Positions 55,763 to 64,000 of a stretch of 64,000 nt of DNA are shown here, piece after piece. The notes below the pieces were generated by a model that was not told the DNA's origin, made no database searches, and saw only the letters and a list, made by a program, of their open reading frames with translations. Numbering within the stretch: position 1 is the stretch's first letter; each line of letters starts with the position of its first letter. This DNA is from Solirubrobacterales bacterium. GTDB lineage: Bacteria > Actinomycetota > Thermoleophilia > Solirubrobacterales > 70-9. The position numbers and the translations under genes are program-made. The stretch is taken from contig DASYIY010000071.1 in the NCBI GenBank assembly GCA_035997045.1, forward strand, positions 6,358 through 70,357. The letters run 5' to 3'.

Positions 55763-57160
55763 ATGCCCTCGCTCGACGCGCTCCCGTTGGCAGCGTCGGC
55801 ATCGAACCTGCTCGCCGCCCGCGAGCAGATGGCCTTCACCCTCGCCTTCCACATCGTCCTCTCCTGCCTCGGCGTCGCCCTGCCGGCGATGATCCTGATC
55901 GCCAACTACATCGGGCTGAAGCGCGGCGACGACGCGGCGATGGAACTTGCCCGCCGCTGGTCCAAGGCGATGGCGGTGACCTTCGCCGTCGGCGCCGTCA
56001 CCGGCACCGTGCTGAGCTTCGAGTTCGGTCTGCTCTGGCCCCACTTCATGGACCGCTTCGGCTCCGCCTTTGGCATCGCCTTCGCGGTCGAGGGGCTCTT
56101 TTTCTTCACCGAGGCGATCTTCCTGGCGATCTACATCTACGGCTGGAAGCGGCTCGGTGGCTGGGCGCACTTCTGGTCCGGGGTGCCGATGGTGGTAACG
56201 GGGATCGGCGGCGCCTTCTCCGTGGTCGCCGCCAATGCCTGGATGAACCAGCCGCAGGGCTTCACCCTCGACGCCGCGGGAAAGGTCGTCGACACCGCCC
56301 CGCTCAAGATCCTCTTCAACCCGGCCACCGGCTACGAGGTGCCGCACATGATCCTCGCCGCCTACATGGTGGTCGGCTTCCTCGTCGCCTCGATCTACGC
56401 CGCCGGGATGCTGAAGGGACGGCGCGACCGGCTGCACCGGCTCGGCCTGCTGATCCCGCTGACGATCGCCTGCATCGCGACGCCGGTCCAGCTCTTCGTA
56501 GGCGACACCGCGGCCCGCGAAGTAGCCGATCACCAGCCGGCCAAGTTCGCCGGCATGGAGTGCATCCAGAAGACCGGTACGCACCAGACCGAGTACGTCG
56601 GCGGCGTCTGCACCGGCGACGGGGTGAAGGGAGCGATCCCGATCCCCGACCTCGACTCTTTCCTGGTCGGCTTCAGCAGCGACACCAAGGTCACCGGCCT
56701 CGCCGACATCTCGGCCGACGAACGGCCGCCCGCCAACACCCTGCTGCACCTCGCCTTCGATGGCATGGTCGGCATCGGCACCGCCCTGCTCGCGCTCGGC
56801 GCCTGGCTCGCCTTTGTCTGGTGGCGTCGCCGCGACATCCCGCAGACGCCCTGGTTCCTGCGCGCCGTGGCGATCTCCGGCGCCGGCGCGATCCTCGCCC
56901 TCTGGGCCGGCTGGATCGTCACCGAGGTCGGTCGCCAGCCCTGGATCGTCCAGGGCTACATGCGCACCACCGAAGCGGTGACCGACGCCAAGGGGATCTG
57001 GTTCAGCTTTGCCCTCGTCCTCCTGCTCTACGCGGCGATCGGAACGATCGCGATCGTCGTCCTGCGCGGCATGTCGCGACGCTGGCGCGAGGGTGGCGTG
57101 GAGCCGGACGGCGGCACTCCCTACGCGCCGCCGGCGGCTAGCGGGGAGGCGGGAGCGTGA
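55763..57160 (+). CDS. cydA: Cytochrome bd ubiquinol oxidase subunit I
   Basis: LAREQMAFTLAFHI, AFAVEGLFFFTEAIFL, GWIVTEVGRQPW. Confidence 0.9.
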   Translation: MPSLDALPLAASASNLLAAREQMAFTLAFHIVLSCLGVALPAMILIANYIGLKRGDDAAMELARRWSKAMAVTFAVGAVTGTVLSFEFGLLWPHFMDRFGSAFGIAFAVEGLFFFTEAIFLAIYIYGWKRLGGWAHFWSGVPMVVTGIGGAFSVVAANAWMNQPQGFTLDAAGKVVDTAPLKILFNPATGYEVPHMILAAYMVVGFLVASIYAAGMLKGRRDRLHRLGLLIPLTIACIATPVQLFVGDTAAREVADHQPAKFAGMECIQKTGTHQTEYVGGVCTGDGVKGAIPIPDLDSFLVGFSSDTKVTGLADISADERPPANTLLHLAFDGMVGIGTALLALGAWLAFVWWRRRDIPQTPWFLRAVAISGAGAILALWAGWIVTEVGRQPWIVQGYMRTTEAVTDAKGIWFSFALVLLLYAAIGTIAIVVLRGMSRRWREGGVEPDGGTPYAPPAASGEAGA

Positions 57161-58176
57161 CCCGCGCCGACGTCTGCGCCGCGATCCTCTGGGTTGGCGC
57201 GACCTTCTACGCGCTCTTCGGCGGCGCCGACTTCGGCGCCGGTTTCTGGGACCTCCTCGCCGGCGATGCCGAGCGCGGCGAGCGGCCGCGCGCCATGATC
57301 CAGCGCTCGCTGACCCCCGTCTGGGAGGCCAACCACGTCTGGCTGATCTTCATCCTCGTCGTCCTCTGGACCGCCTTCCCGCCCGCCTTCAGCGCCGTGA
57401 TGACGACCCTCTACGTGCCGATCGCCCTGGCCGCGGTCGGGATCGTCCTGCGCGGCTCGGGCTTCGCTTTCCGCAAGTCGATCGAGAGCCTCGCCGGTCG
57501 CCGCGCCGCCGGCGCCACCTTTGCCGTCTCCTCGTTGCTGACGCCGTTCTTCATGGGCGCCACGGTCGGGGCGATCGCCGCCGGCAACGTGCCGGGGGAC
57601 GGCAACGGCGCGCCCTTCTCGAGCTGGCTGGCACCGCTGCCGCTGCTGACCGGGGCGATGTTCGTCGCCAGCGGCGCCTATCTCTCCGCGGTCTTCCTGA
57701 TCGGCGACGCTCGCCGCGCGGGGGACGGGGAGCTGCAGCGCTATTTCGCCCGCCGGGCTCTCGCTGCCGCGGCAGTTGCCGGCGTAGCGGCCGCCTTCGG
57801 TCTGGTCGAGCTCCACTCCGAAGCCCGCTACATCTTCGACCGCCTCACCGACGAGGGCCTGCCGCTGGTGATCCTCTCGGTCCTCTGCGGACTCGGCGTC
57901 CTCGCCCTTCTGCTCTCGGCGGCCCGCCGTCCCGCCGCCGCTTCGCCGCGACTGCTGCGCCCGCTCGCCGCCGGGGCCGTGATCGCCGTGATCTGGGGCT
58001 GGGGCGTCGCCCAGTTCCCCTACCTGATCCCGACTTCGCTGAAGATCGCCCAGTCGGCGGCGCCGCCGGACACGCTCGCGAGCGTGATCGTCGTCTTCAT
58101 CGTTGCCGCGATCCTCGTCCTGCCCGCTCTCGGTCTGCTCTACTGGCTCTCGCAGAAGGAGCTGCTGAGTGAGTGA
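57157..58176 (+). CDS. cydB: Cytochrome bd ubiquinol oxidase subunit II
   Basis: Polytopic, FGGADFGAGFWDL, WEANHVWLI. Overlaps the cydA stop. Confidence 0.88.
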   Translation: MTRADVCAAILWVGATFYALFGGADFGAGFWDLLAGDAERGERPRAMIQRSLTPVWEANHVWLIFILVVLWTAFPPAFSAVMTTLYVPIALAAVGIVLRGSGFAFRKSIESLAGRRAAGATFAVSSLLTPFFMGATVGAIAAGNVPGDGNGAPFSSWLAPLPLLTGAMFVASGAYLSAVFLIGDARRAGDGELQRYFARRALAAAAVAGVAAAFGLVELHSEARYIFDRLTDEGLPLVILSVLCGLGVLALLLSAARRPAAASPRLLRPLAAGAVIAVIWGWGVAQFPYLIPTSLKIAQSAAPPDTLASVIVVFIVAAILVLPALGLLYWLSQKELLSE

Positions 58177-58867
58177 GCCGAGCGCGATCCGCGCCGTTCT
58201 CTTCGATATCGACGGCACCTTGCTCGTCACGGGCGGCGCCGGCGGCGTCGCCTGGCAACGCGCCTTCGAGGAGCTGCACGGGGTCGAGGCGGACATCGCC
58301 GAGCACACCGACGCCGGCATGACCGATCCCGAGATCGCGGCGATCGTCTTCCGCGAGGTGATCGGCCGCGAGGGCAGCCCCGAAGAGCGCTCGAAAGCGA
58401 TCGGCTGCTACCTCAAGCACCTGCCCGATGCGGTCGCCGAATCGGCTGGATACCGGGTCATGCCTGGCATCGAAGGTCTGCTGCCGCGCTTGATCGAGGA
58501 CGGGATCCTGCTCGGTCTCGTCACCGGCAACATCGAGGCAGCCGCCCACATCAAGCTCGCCCGCGCTCGCCTCAACCGCTTCTTCAGCTTCGGCGGCTAC
58601 GGCTCCGACTCAGCCGACCGCACCGCGGTCACCGAAGCGGCCCTTGGGCGCGGCGCCCTGGTCTCGGGTGGCACCCTCGCCGACGGCAACTGCATCGCCG
58701 TCGGCGACACGCCCCGCGATGTCAAGGCCGGCCACGGCGCCGGGATCGCGGTTGCCGGCGTCGCGACCGGCAGCTACAGCGTCACCGCCTTGAGCGAGGC
58801 CGGCGCCGACTGGGCCCTGGAGACGGTTGAGCGAGGCTTTCCGCTTCAGCCGCAGAGTGCCGTCTGA
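58169..58867 (+). CDS. HAD-superfamily hydrolase (phosphoglycolate phosphatase-like)
   Basis: VLFDIDGTL motif I, VTGN, VGDTPRDVKAG motif III/IV. Confidence 0.75.
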   Translation: MSEPSAIRAVLFDIDGTLLVTGGAGGVAWQRAFEELHGVEADIAEHTDAGMTDPEIAAIVFREVIGREGSPEERSKAIGCYLKHLPDAVAESAGYRVMPGIEGLLPRLIEDGILLGLVTGNIEAAAHIKLARARLNRFFSFGGYGSDSADRTAVTEAALGRGALVSGGTLADGNCIAVGDTPRDVKAGHGAGIAVAGVATGSYSVTALSEAGADWALETVERGFPLQPQSAV

Positions 58868-58988
58868 GCCTTCCCGGCCTTATTCACATCTTTGGCAATA
58901 ACTCTTGCCGGTGGCATCGGGGCTGCATAGCCTGATCGGACGCGCCGCGACGGGCGACTGGATTCTCGGGACTAGGGCAGGGGAAGTT

Positions 58989-61640
58989 GTGGCACCTCAT
59001 CGGCTTGACAGGCGGTTACTGCAAGGGCTGCTTGCCTTCGCGGCCTTGCTCGCCGTCTTCGGCTCACCCGCCAGGGCGGCCGCTGCGGAATACGGAATCG
59101 TCCCCGGCAGCTTCGCGGTCAGGGCGATCGACGCCGAAGGCCATCCCGAGACCCGTGCCGGCTCGCACCCCGATCGCCTGCAGATGGACTTTGCCCTCAA
59201 CGTCGAAGGCACCGGCACTACCCCGCGCGATCTCGCCTTCGAACTGCCGGCCGGTCTGGGCGGGGACCCGAGTGCCGTCCCCGCCTGCGACAGGGCGGCC
59301 TTCGAAGCAGGCCAGCAGTGCCCGGCGGAAAGTCAGATCGGGCGGATCGAACTCAAAATCGTGGGGGGGACGGAAGCGGAACTGCCGATGTTCAAGCTCG
59401 AACCCCGGCCGGGAGAACTCGTCTCGTTCGGCTCGAGTCCGCAAGTCGGCGGCGAACTCTCGATGAGTCTTCGTCCCAGCGACTATGGAGTCACCTTCGA
59501 AGCGCGCGATCTCAGCGAAATTCCGATCAGCGAAGCGCGGATCGAAATGTGGGGGGTCCCGGCAGACCACCAGAGCGCACCGGCGAGCCCGCGTCGCCCG
59601 TTCCTCACCCTGCCCTCGCGCTGCGGTCCGCTCTCCTTCACCTTTCGCACGCGCTCGCACCAGGCCGACGCCCAGTGGCAGAGCGCGACGACCGACACCG
59701 GTGCGCCCCTCACCGAGTGCGAAAGCCTGAGCTTTCACCCCGAGCTCGCGGTGCACCTCAGCAACCCAGTCGCCGATTCGCCGACCGGTCTGCAAATCGA
59801 CCTCAACATGCCCGAAGAAAACGACCCGGACGGCCGCGCCGGCGCCGAGATCAAGAACGCGACGATCGAGATGCCGGCCGGGATCACGGTCTCGCCGGGC
59901 GGGGTCGGGGCGCTCGCCGTCTGCACGGACGCCCAGCTCGGCCTGGCGAGCAGCGACGAAGCCCGCTGCCCGGCCGCCTCGAAGGTGGGCACGGTGGAAC
60001 TCTCCTCGGCCGCTCTGGACAGGCCGCTGACCGGAACGTTGTACCTGGGCGAGGAACACCCGGGAGAACGATTCCGCACCTTCATCGTCGCCTCGGGGCC
60101 GGGGATAACGCTCAAGTTCGCCTCGGCGCTGAGCATCGATCCCAAGACCGGCCGCTTCTCCGCCGTCCTGCGGAATATGCCCGAAGTCCCGATCGGTCAC
60201 CTGCGCCTCAACCTGGATGGCGGCTCCAAGCCGATGCTGGCGTCGCCGTTGACCTGCGGTCCCTCGACGGCTGTGGCCAGCTTCGAACCGTCCGGTGGCG
60301 GAGCCGCTCTGCAGTCCTCCTCGACGGTGGCGATCGCGGCCAGGATCCCTGGCTCTTCGTGCTCGGGTGCCGCACCGTTTTCCCCCGAAATAGTTGCCGG
60401 GCCCCGCAGGCCGAGGGCGGCCCGGCCGGGCCGCTTCTCGATGACGCTCCGGCGCCGCGACGGAGAACAGCTGCCGAGGCGATTCAGCGTGACCCTGCCG
60501 GCCGGCCTGAGCATCGGCCTCGGAACCGTCCAGGCCTGCTCGGACGAACGGGCGCAGGCAGGGACGTGCGGTGCCGAGAGCAAGGTCGGCACTGTGCTCA
60601 CCCGGGTCGGGTCCGGCTCGGACTCCGTCGAACTGCCCGGTGCCGCCTACCTCACCGGTCCCTACCGTGGCGCGCCGTTTGGCCTGCTGATGGCGTTTCA
60701 CGCGACGATCGGGTCCTTCGACCTCGGCACGATGACGGTTCGGGCATCGACGCGGATCGACGAACGCAGCGGACGGGTGACGGTCAGCGCCGACGGCATG
60801 CCCGACGTGATCGAAGGCGTGGGGGTCCGCCTCCAGGCGATGGAACTGAACATGGACCGGCCGGGACTGGTGCGCAATCCGACCAGGTGCACCCCGCGCA
60901 GCCTCGATGCGACGATCGAAGCGCAGAGCGGTCAGACCGCAACCGCGACAAGCCCGATCTTGCCCTGGGGCTGCAGCAAGCTGAAATTCAAGCCGCGGAT
61001 CAAGATCGCGCTCGACGGTCCCGGCAGGCTGCGCCGCAACGGCAGGCCGGGGCTGCGGATCTCCGCCCGGCTGCGCTCGGGCGACGCCGGTCTGCGAGCG
61101 ATGAAGGTGTCGCTGCCCAAGGCGCTGAAATTCGGCATCGGGGGCCTGCAGGAGCTCTGCTCGCGATCCGACGCGCTCGGCGGCTTCTGCCCGAGCGACT
61201 CGCAGGTCGGAACCGTTCGCGCCAAGACATCGCTGCTGAGCAAGCCCATGACCGGGCGGATCTACGTAGTCCAACCGGCCGGCGACGGCCTGCCCGAGAT
61301 GTGGTTGCGCATGGCGACCATGGGAGTGCAGGTGAACGGGCAGAGCACCACCACGATGCAGGACGGGCACCTGGTCACAAACTTCGTCGGCCTGCCGGAC
61401 ATGCCCCTGTCCTCGCTTGCGATGCGACTCAAGGGAGGCAAGGGCGGGCTTCTGTCGCTCGGCGCGGCGCCGTGCAGCCATGGCCATGCTCGCCCGTTCG
61501 TGGTAAGCGCCGCGATCAGTGCGCAGAACGGGGCCCGGCGCGCCCTGCGGCTACCGATCGAGACGAGCGCGGGTTGCGGGGCATCGCCGGGCTCCCGCGC
61601 CCCGGGGCGCGGAGCGCGGACGCCGGCTGACGCGCGATGA
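58989..61640 (+). CDS. Large secreted hypothetical protein built of four Cys-loop modules of about 190 aa each
   Basis: The GTG at 58989 gives a signal peptide (RRLLQGLLAFAALLAVFGSPARAAAA); the ORF-track TTG start is at 58905. A recurring motif appears four times: C-x(7-11)-C(P)-x2-S-x-(I/V)G-(T/R)-(V/I). Confidence 0.7.
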   Translation: MAPHRLDRRLLQGLLAFAALLAVFGSPARAAAAEYGIVPGSFAVRAIDAEGHPETRAGSHPDRLQMDFALNVEGTGTTPRDLAFELPAGLGGDPSAVPACDRAAFEAGQQCPAESQIGRIELKIVGGTEAELPMFKLEPRPGELVSFGSSPQVGGELSMSLRPSDYGVTFEARDLSEIPISEARIEMWGVPADHQSAPASPRRPFLTLPSRCGPLSFTFRTRSHQADAQWQSATTDTGAPLTECESLSFHPELAVHLSNPVADSPTGLQIDLNMPEENDPDGRAGAEIKNATIEMPAGITVSPGGVGALAVCTDAQLGLASSDEARCPAASKVGTVELSSAALDRPLTGTLYLGEEHPGERFRTFIVASGPGITLKFASALSIDPKTGRFSAVLRNMPEVPIGHLRLNLDGGSKPMLASPLTCGPSTAVASFEPSGGGAALQSSSTVAIAARIPGSSCSGAAPFSPEIVAGPRRPRAARPGRFSMTLRRRDGEQLPRRFSVTLPAGLSIGLGTVQACSDERAQAGTCGAESKVGTVLTRVGSGSDSVELPGAAYLTGPYRGAPFGLLMAFHATIGSFDLGTMTVRASTRIDERSGRVTVSADGMPDVIEGVGVRLQAMELNMDRPGLVRNPTRCTPRSLDATIEAQSGQTATATSPILPWGCSKLKFKPRIKIALDGPGRLRRNGRPGLRISARLRSGDAGLRAMKVSLPKALKFGIGGLQELCSRSDALGGFCPSDSQVGTVRAKTSLLSKPMTGRIYVVQPAGDGLPEMWLRMATMGVQVNGQSTTTMQDGHLVTNFVGLPDMPLSSLAMRLKGGKGGLLSLGAAPCSHGHARPFVVSAAISAQNGARRALRLPIETSAGCGASPGSRAPGRGARTPADAR

Positions 61641-64000
61641 GTCGCGGCCGAAGCCGATCGGTCGTTTCCCGGCTGCTGGACAAGATTGCCGACCTCGCAA
61701 CGAGGCGGGCCCGCCTCGTTGTCGTGGTTTGGGCGCTCCTAGTTGTCGCCCTGGCCGGCCTCGGCAGCAATATCGAGCGGAAGGTCTTCATCCACCCGGC
61801 GTACATCGACGGCACGCCCTCCAAGCGGGCCCACGAAATCGCCGTGCAGGAGTTCGGCGGCGGCGACACGATGATCGTGATGCTGCGCGGCCCCCGGGCG
61901 GACGTCGAACAGCAGGGGCAGCAATTGGCGAGGCGGCTGGGAACGGTGCCCCGCATGCGGGTCGTTTCGCCATGGGCTCGGGGTGCCGAAATCGAAGGCC
62001 TGCGACCGGCTCCGGGGGTCGCTGCGCTGCTCGTGCACGTTGCCGCCGCTCCCGGCGGAGGAGAGGATGCCGTCGACGTCTTGCCCCCGGTCCAGCGCCA
62101 GGTCGACGAGAACGTGACGAGTCCGGTTCACGCCAGCATCGCTGGATTTCCGGTAGTGGTGAACTCGGTTCGCACCGCAGGCGAACACGCCAGCGTGCTC
62201 GGCGAGCTGATCGCGGTGCCGATTCTTTTGCTCGTGCTGCTGTTTGTCTTCAGGTCGGTTCTGGCCGCGCTGCTCCCGGTCGTCGTCGGCGGTGCCGTTG
62301 TGGTGGCGACCCGAGGCATCCTCGACCTCATGCTCGGCTTCGTCGAAATCGATCTGTTCGCGGTCAGTGTCGTCGTCATGATGGGCCTCGCCCTCGGTGT
62401 CGATTACTCGCTCCTGGCGATCTCGCGATTTCGGGAGGAGCGTGAGAAGGCCGACCTGACCGAGGCCATGCAGGTAACGGTGAGCGCTACCGCCCGCTCG
62501 ATCGTTCCCGCCGGCAGCGCGCTCGTGCTCGCAATGGTCGCGTCGACCCTGTTGATCCCGGGCACGATCATCCGCTCCGTCTCGCTTGCCGTAATCGTGA
62601 CGGCGCTGCTCAGCGTGCTGTGGGCGATATGCGTCGTGCCGGCGATGCTGACGCTGCTTGGCGACAACCTGGATCGCTGGTCGCTGCCGAGGAGAGAGAC
62701 CTCGCAGGTTGCGCCCTTGCGCTGGTCGCGGCGCATAAACCGGCACCCGCGCGCGGTGGTCGGGATCATGTGCGTCCTGCTGTTGCTGGCGGGACTGGCC
62801 TTCAACCTCGACTCGGGCACGTCCAGCATCGCCCTGCTGCCCTCCGCTGACCCCGGTCGCCTTCAGCAGGAAGAAATTCAGCGGTACCTTGGCCCAGGCT
62901 GGGTCTCGCCGATGGAAGTGGTCATGGACACGGGAGGTACTCCGGTTACCTCTCCGTCGCGGTTGCGGGCGCTGGCGGCGTTTCAGCGCAAGGTCGAACG
63001 AGACCCCGGAGTCGAAAGCATGGCGGGCTTTTCCAAGGTCTCGAAGGCGGTAAAGCCGCTGGAAGGCATCAACCGGACGCTTGCCGATCAGGAACGTGGC
63101 CTGGATCGCCTCGAAACTGGCATCGGCAAGATCTACGACGGGACGAAGGGCGGTGTGAGCAGCTTGCTCGAGGCCGAGGCGGGGTCCAAGCAGCTCGAAT
63201 CCGGTCTCGGTGCGGCGCATGACGGCGCCGGGGTTCTGGCCGGTGCCCTGCAGCTGACCAGCACCGGTTCGGGGAAGCTGAGCGAGGGGCTCGGTCGCGT
63301 CGACGAAGGCAGCGGCAAGCTCGCGCAGGGCACGACCCAGGCAAGCACCGGCGCCGGGAAGCTCGCGGACGGTCTCGAAAAGGCGCAGGAACAGAGCGGA
63401 GAACTGCAGGGCAGCGCCCGGCTGTTCAAGAACGCGATGCTCTCCGGCGAAGATCGGCTGAGCGAAGTTCGCGCCCGGCTTCAATCCACCGAAGCCCAGC
63501 TCGCCGAAGCCCGGCAGGCCCTGCAGCGGATGACGGCGGGACGGAGCGACCCCGAATTCGCCGCGACGCTGCGGGCGGTCGAAGTGGCGAGCCGGGAACT
63601 CACCGGCACCGACCCCGGAACCGGGGAACCGCTGCCTTCCGGTGGGGCCGGCCGGGGCGTCGATCGCGCCGAAGGCCAGTTCGGCGTCGGCCTCTACCTC
63701 GCCTCCCGCCTGGACGCGACCGGCCGCCAGGCGTCCAGGGGCATCGGCAAGCTCGCCCGCGGCGCCGTCCAACTCGACGATGGCCTCGGTCGCCTTGCCG
63801 CCGGAGGCCGCCGGCTTTCCGATGGGGTTTCGAGGCTCGCCCAGGGGGGGCAGCAGTTGAGTCCGGCGCTGCAACGCCTCAGCGACGGGGCCGATCGCCT
63901 CGTCAACGGGCTGGGGCAGCTCCACGCTGGGGCCGGCCAGTTCTCGCACGGCCTGGAAGAGGGCGGTGCGAAATCCACGCTGCTCGTCCGCGCCCTGCAG
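61637..64000 (+). CDS. MMPL-family transporter with YhgE/Pip-like xxxLxxG heptad-repeat insertion (3'-partial; runs off the window)
   Basis: Translated by hand, since this open frame is absent from the ORF track. ATGA overlap with the upstream stop. MMPL-like TM block (LGELIAVPILLLVLLFVFRSVLAALLPVVVGG...GLALGVDYSLLAISRFREE), then repeats of the GSGKLSEGLGRVDEGSGKLAQG...AGKLADGL type. Confidence 0.75.
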   Translation, partial: MSRGRSRSVVSRLLDKIADLATRRARLVVVVWALLVVALAGLGSNIERKVFIHPAYIDGTPSKRAHEIAVQEFGGGDTMIVMLRGPRADVEQQGQQLARRLGTVPRMRVVSPWARGAEIEGLRPAPGVAALLVHVAAAPGGGEDAVDVLPPVQRQVDENVTSPVHASIAGFPVVVNSVRTAGEHASVLGELIAVPILLLVLLFVFRSVLAALLPVVVGGAVVVATRGILDLMLGFVEIDLFAVSVVVMMGLALGVDYSLLAISRFREEREKADLTEAMQVTVSATARSIVPAGSALVLAMVASTLLIPGTIIRSVSLAVIVTALLSVLWAICVVPAMLTLLGDNLDRWSLPRRETSQVAPLRWSRRINRHPRAVVGIMCVLLLLAGLAFNLDSGTSSIALLPSADPGRLQQEEIQRYLGPGWVSPMEVVMDTGGTPVTSPSRLRALAAFQRKVERDPGVESMAGFSKVSKAVKPLEGINRTLADQERGLDRLETGIGKIYDGTKGGVSSLLEAEAGSKQLESGLGAAHDGAGVLAGALQLTSTGSGKLSEGLGRVDEGSGKLAQGTTQASTGAGKLADGLEKAQEQSGELQGSARLFKNAMLSGEDRLSEVRARLQSTEAQLAEARQALQRMTAGRSDPEFAATLRAVEVASRELTGTDPGTGEPLPSGGAGRGVDRAEGQFGVGLYLASRLDATGRQASRGIGKLARGAVQLDDGLGRLAAGGRRLSDGVSRLAQGGQQLSPALQRLSDGADRLVNGLGQLHAGAGQFSHGLEEGGAKSTLLVRALQ

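Noticed and set aside
59064-63949. 807-aa and 736-aa minus-strand ORFs (59064..61487 and 61739..63949), and the 770-aa plus-strand ORF at 59318..61630
   Set aside because: All are alternative-frame or antisense readings of the Cys-loop protein and MMPL genes. Their translations are dominated by Arg/Gly/Pro/Asp runs with no domain signatures.

Overview
High-G+C, Actinomycetota-like chromosomal window, gene-dense, with no rRNA and no CRISPR array. The left edge (1-6.1 kb) looks like the end of an integrated conjugative or mobilisable element next to tRNA-Ser(UGA). It carries a frameshifted MobF/TrwC-type relaxase-helicase and one clearly lower-G+C cargo gene. That gene encodes an 879-aa protein with a SIR2-like domain, a P-loop NTPase, a winged-helix-like segment and TPR-like helices. 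This is my top candidate for the interesting system: a single-gene STAND/Avs-style antiphage NADase with non-canonical catalytic motifs. The rest is mostly core or housekeeping: two further tRNAs (Ser-GCU, Arg-ACG), each followed by a truncated gene fragment and a paralogous cytochrome P450; pyruvate kinase; a Liv-type ABC transporter cluster with a Rieske oxygenase and a GntR/UTRA regulator; several MFS transporters; RecQ; agmatinase; a nearly complete pentose-phosphate set (zwf, gnd, pgl, rpiA, tkt, tal, pgi); and cydAB. The pentose-phosphate set is interrupted by an HTH/nucleotidyltransferase toxin-antitoxin-like pair and by an FHA / TolB-like / Ser-Thr kinase module. Other observations: a heavily decayed efeO pseudogene; two families of short structured intergenic repeats (a 44-45 nt nested palindrome in four copies, and a 109-115 nt hairpin-embedded MITE-like element in two copies); an orphan SD, mini-ORF and terminator in a divergent promoter region; and a large secreted four-module Cys-loop protein translationally coupled to an MMPL/YhgE-Pip-like transporter that runs off the right edge. 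All functional calls rest on motifs I recognised in the translated ORFs; no database search was run.
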